Positions 51,262 through 64,000 of a stretch of 64,000 nt of DNA are shown here, one piece after another (position 1 is the first letter of the stretch; every line of letters starts with the position of its first letter). Location: assembly GCF_009914755.1 (NCBI RefSeq), contig NC_060926.1, one strand, 5' to 3'. The DNA is from the human T2T-CHM13v2.0 reference genome, Homo sapiens. Position numbers and translations under genes: made by a program. The notes beneath the pieces are model-generated. The model worked only from the letters and a program-made list of their open reading frames with translations, did not search any database and was not told the origin of the DNA.

Positions 51262-51731
51262 TGCTTTCCTAGGACTTCCCTAACAGAGCATCACAAACTG
51301 GGTGGCTCCAGCAATGTAAATTCACTCTCTCCAGTTCTGGAGTCCCGAAGTCCAAAATCAGGGTGCCAGCAAGATCCTGCTGTAGGACAGGAGCCTTTCT
51401 TGCCTCTTCCAGCTTCAGGCAGCCCCAGGCTTTCCTTGGATTGCAGCAGCGTAATTCCAGCCTCTGCCTCCATCTTCATGTGGCCATCTTCTCTCTGTGT
51501 CCATGTCTCTGTGCCTTCACATGACATGCTCCCTGTGTATCTGTCTGTGTACACATTTCCCTCTGTTTATAAGGACGGTAGTCACGTTGGATTAAGGCCC
51601 ACCCTAATGACCTCATTTTAACTTGATTAAATCTGCAAAGACCCTATTTCCAACTAAGGTTGCATCCATAGTTACTGGGAGCTAAGGCTTTAGCACGTCT
51701 TTACTGGGGGACACAATTCAACCCATAACAC
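51262..51731 (-). mobile_element. MLT1B/C LTR
   Basis: acctcattttaacttgattaaatctgcaaagaccctatttcc...caacccataaca. Confidence 0.85.
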
Positions 51732-51779
51732 CCTGCTTCCCCACTTCTTAACATCCCCTCCTTCACCACTCATCTTTCA

Positions 51780-52650
51780 AAAGTCAATACATAATAATTG
51801 TTCATATTTGTGGGGTACATGTGATATTTTGATACATGCAACAATGTGTATTGATCAAATCAAGGTATGAGGATATCCATCATCTCAAGCATTTATTATT
51901 TCTTTGTGTTGGGAACATTTCAAATATTCTCTTCTAGCTATTTTAAAAAAGACAAAAATTATTACTAGCTATAGTGACTCTACTGTGCTATCGAACACTA
52001 GAACTTATTCCTTCTATCTAAAGGTTTTTTTTGTCCCATTAACAAACCTTTCTTTGTCCTCCCCATCTAGCTTCCACTCATCTTTTTATAACGCAAATCA
52101 GATCGTTTCACTCCTAGTTTAAAACCTTCCCATGGCTTCCCATCACATTTAAAATATACTTGACACTCTTACTGCACCCTTTTACCATGGCCTAAGACCC
52201 TCATGGACGATCTGGCCCTGCTGACCTCCTCATCTTGTCACTTTCTGCCTGGCTTCCTGTGCTCCACTGGCCTTCTTGCTGGGCTTCTTGCTCTTCCTCA
52301 TGCTCTCAACTCCATTCATTGCTCCAGCAGCCCCTCTGCCTGAGATGCTCTTCCACACATAGTCACCAGGCTTACATCTTCTTGTTCAAGTCTCAACTCT
52401 TCCTGTGCCACGCCTTCACAGCAGTCTGCTTCACGTGTCCGATCACTAATTTATTTCTCAACCAGCTTTATTTTCTCCCCAGCACTCATCACTGGACCAT
52501 GCTATACATACAGCCTTGTGCACCATTCATAATCTGTCTTCCTCTACTGAACTGGAAGCTCCATGAAGGCAGTTCTTAAGCACCGCTGTATCTAGGATGT
52601 GGATCATGGTAGATGCTCAATCAATATTTGGTAAATGAATTAATAGATTA
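51780..52650. mobile_element. L1MA 3' end (-, 51780-52060) and L2 fragment (+, 52070-52650)
   Basis: ggggtacatgtgatattttgatacatgca; ggtagatgctcaatcaatatttggtaaatgaat. Confidence 0.65.
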
Positions 52651-53104
52651 ACGAAGACACTGCCTCATTTGATGACCTTTTCCGTTTTTCTCACCAGGAC
52701 CATCTTTTCCTTTCTTCATAATGGACCCTGCTCTCCTTTCCTAGTACCCTCCCAGTGTTGACAGCCATTTAGTGAATTATTTTAAATACATGGGGTTTTT
52801 TTGTGTGTGTATATGTGGATACTTAAGAGGCATTTTCTTGTACTTCAAACAAAACTTTATTTTTGAAACAATCTCCAAGCTACTTGTAGTTAATTGATCT
52901 TTAAAATTCTGCAAGAGTTGGATTTCTTGTTCTGCAGTCACTATTATTTAGCAGTTCATCTTCTATTACCCTACCTGGCAAAACCAGGTTCTTTTTCCTC
53001 ATCTTGATTTCCATTCTTATTCGTCTCTCCAGTTCAAGTCTTCAGTCTCTTATAGGGACCATTTCAACAGCCCCCACACCTTCAGATTCTATCCATCCAA
53101 GTCA

Positions 53105-57300
<4,196 letters not shown>

Positions 57301-57464
57301 TTTAATTTTCTTTCAAGTGTATGGTCATTTTTATTTAAGAGCATATGAACAAATTTATAATATAGTCTCTATATTACATTTGCAAAGTCACCTCTTATAG
57401 TGACTATTCTCAACACAGGAAATGATTATCTCATAATTAATCACCCCATCTACTCTACCCCAAT

Positions 57465-64000
<6,536 letters not shown>

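Overview
Primate (human-like) genomic DNA. The first ~4 kb hold the last three coding exons and 3' UTR of EPC2 (Enhancer of polycomb homolog 2, + strand; C-terminus ...RENHEPERLGLNGIAETTVAMEVT*). The remaining ~60 kb is intergenic and dominated by nested transposon relics: about 31 Alus, several L1s (one 5'-inverted), L2/MIR, MaLR/ERVL/ERV1 LTRs, hAT MITEs and a full-length dead HSMAR2 mariner. The most notable items are an old mitochondrial control-region insertion (NUMT) split by an Alu, a U2 snRNA retrocopy split by a THE1 LTR inside an apparently chimeric LTR element, a zero-spacer inverted Alu pair, and a few repeat-free islands with TALE/homeodomain motifs. I see no evidence of a new protein-coding gene or a novel multi-gene system; nearly all listed ORFs are repeat-derived. 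Repeat subfamily names come from recalled consensus sequences, and boundaries are approximate unless a target-site duplication (TSD) is quoted.
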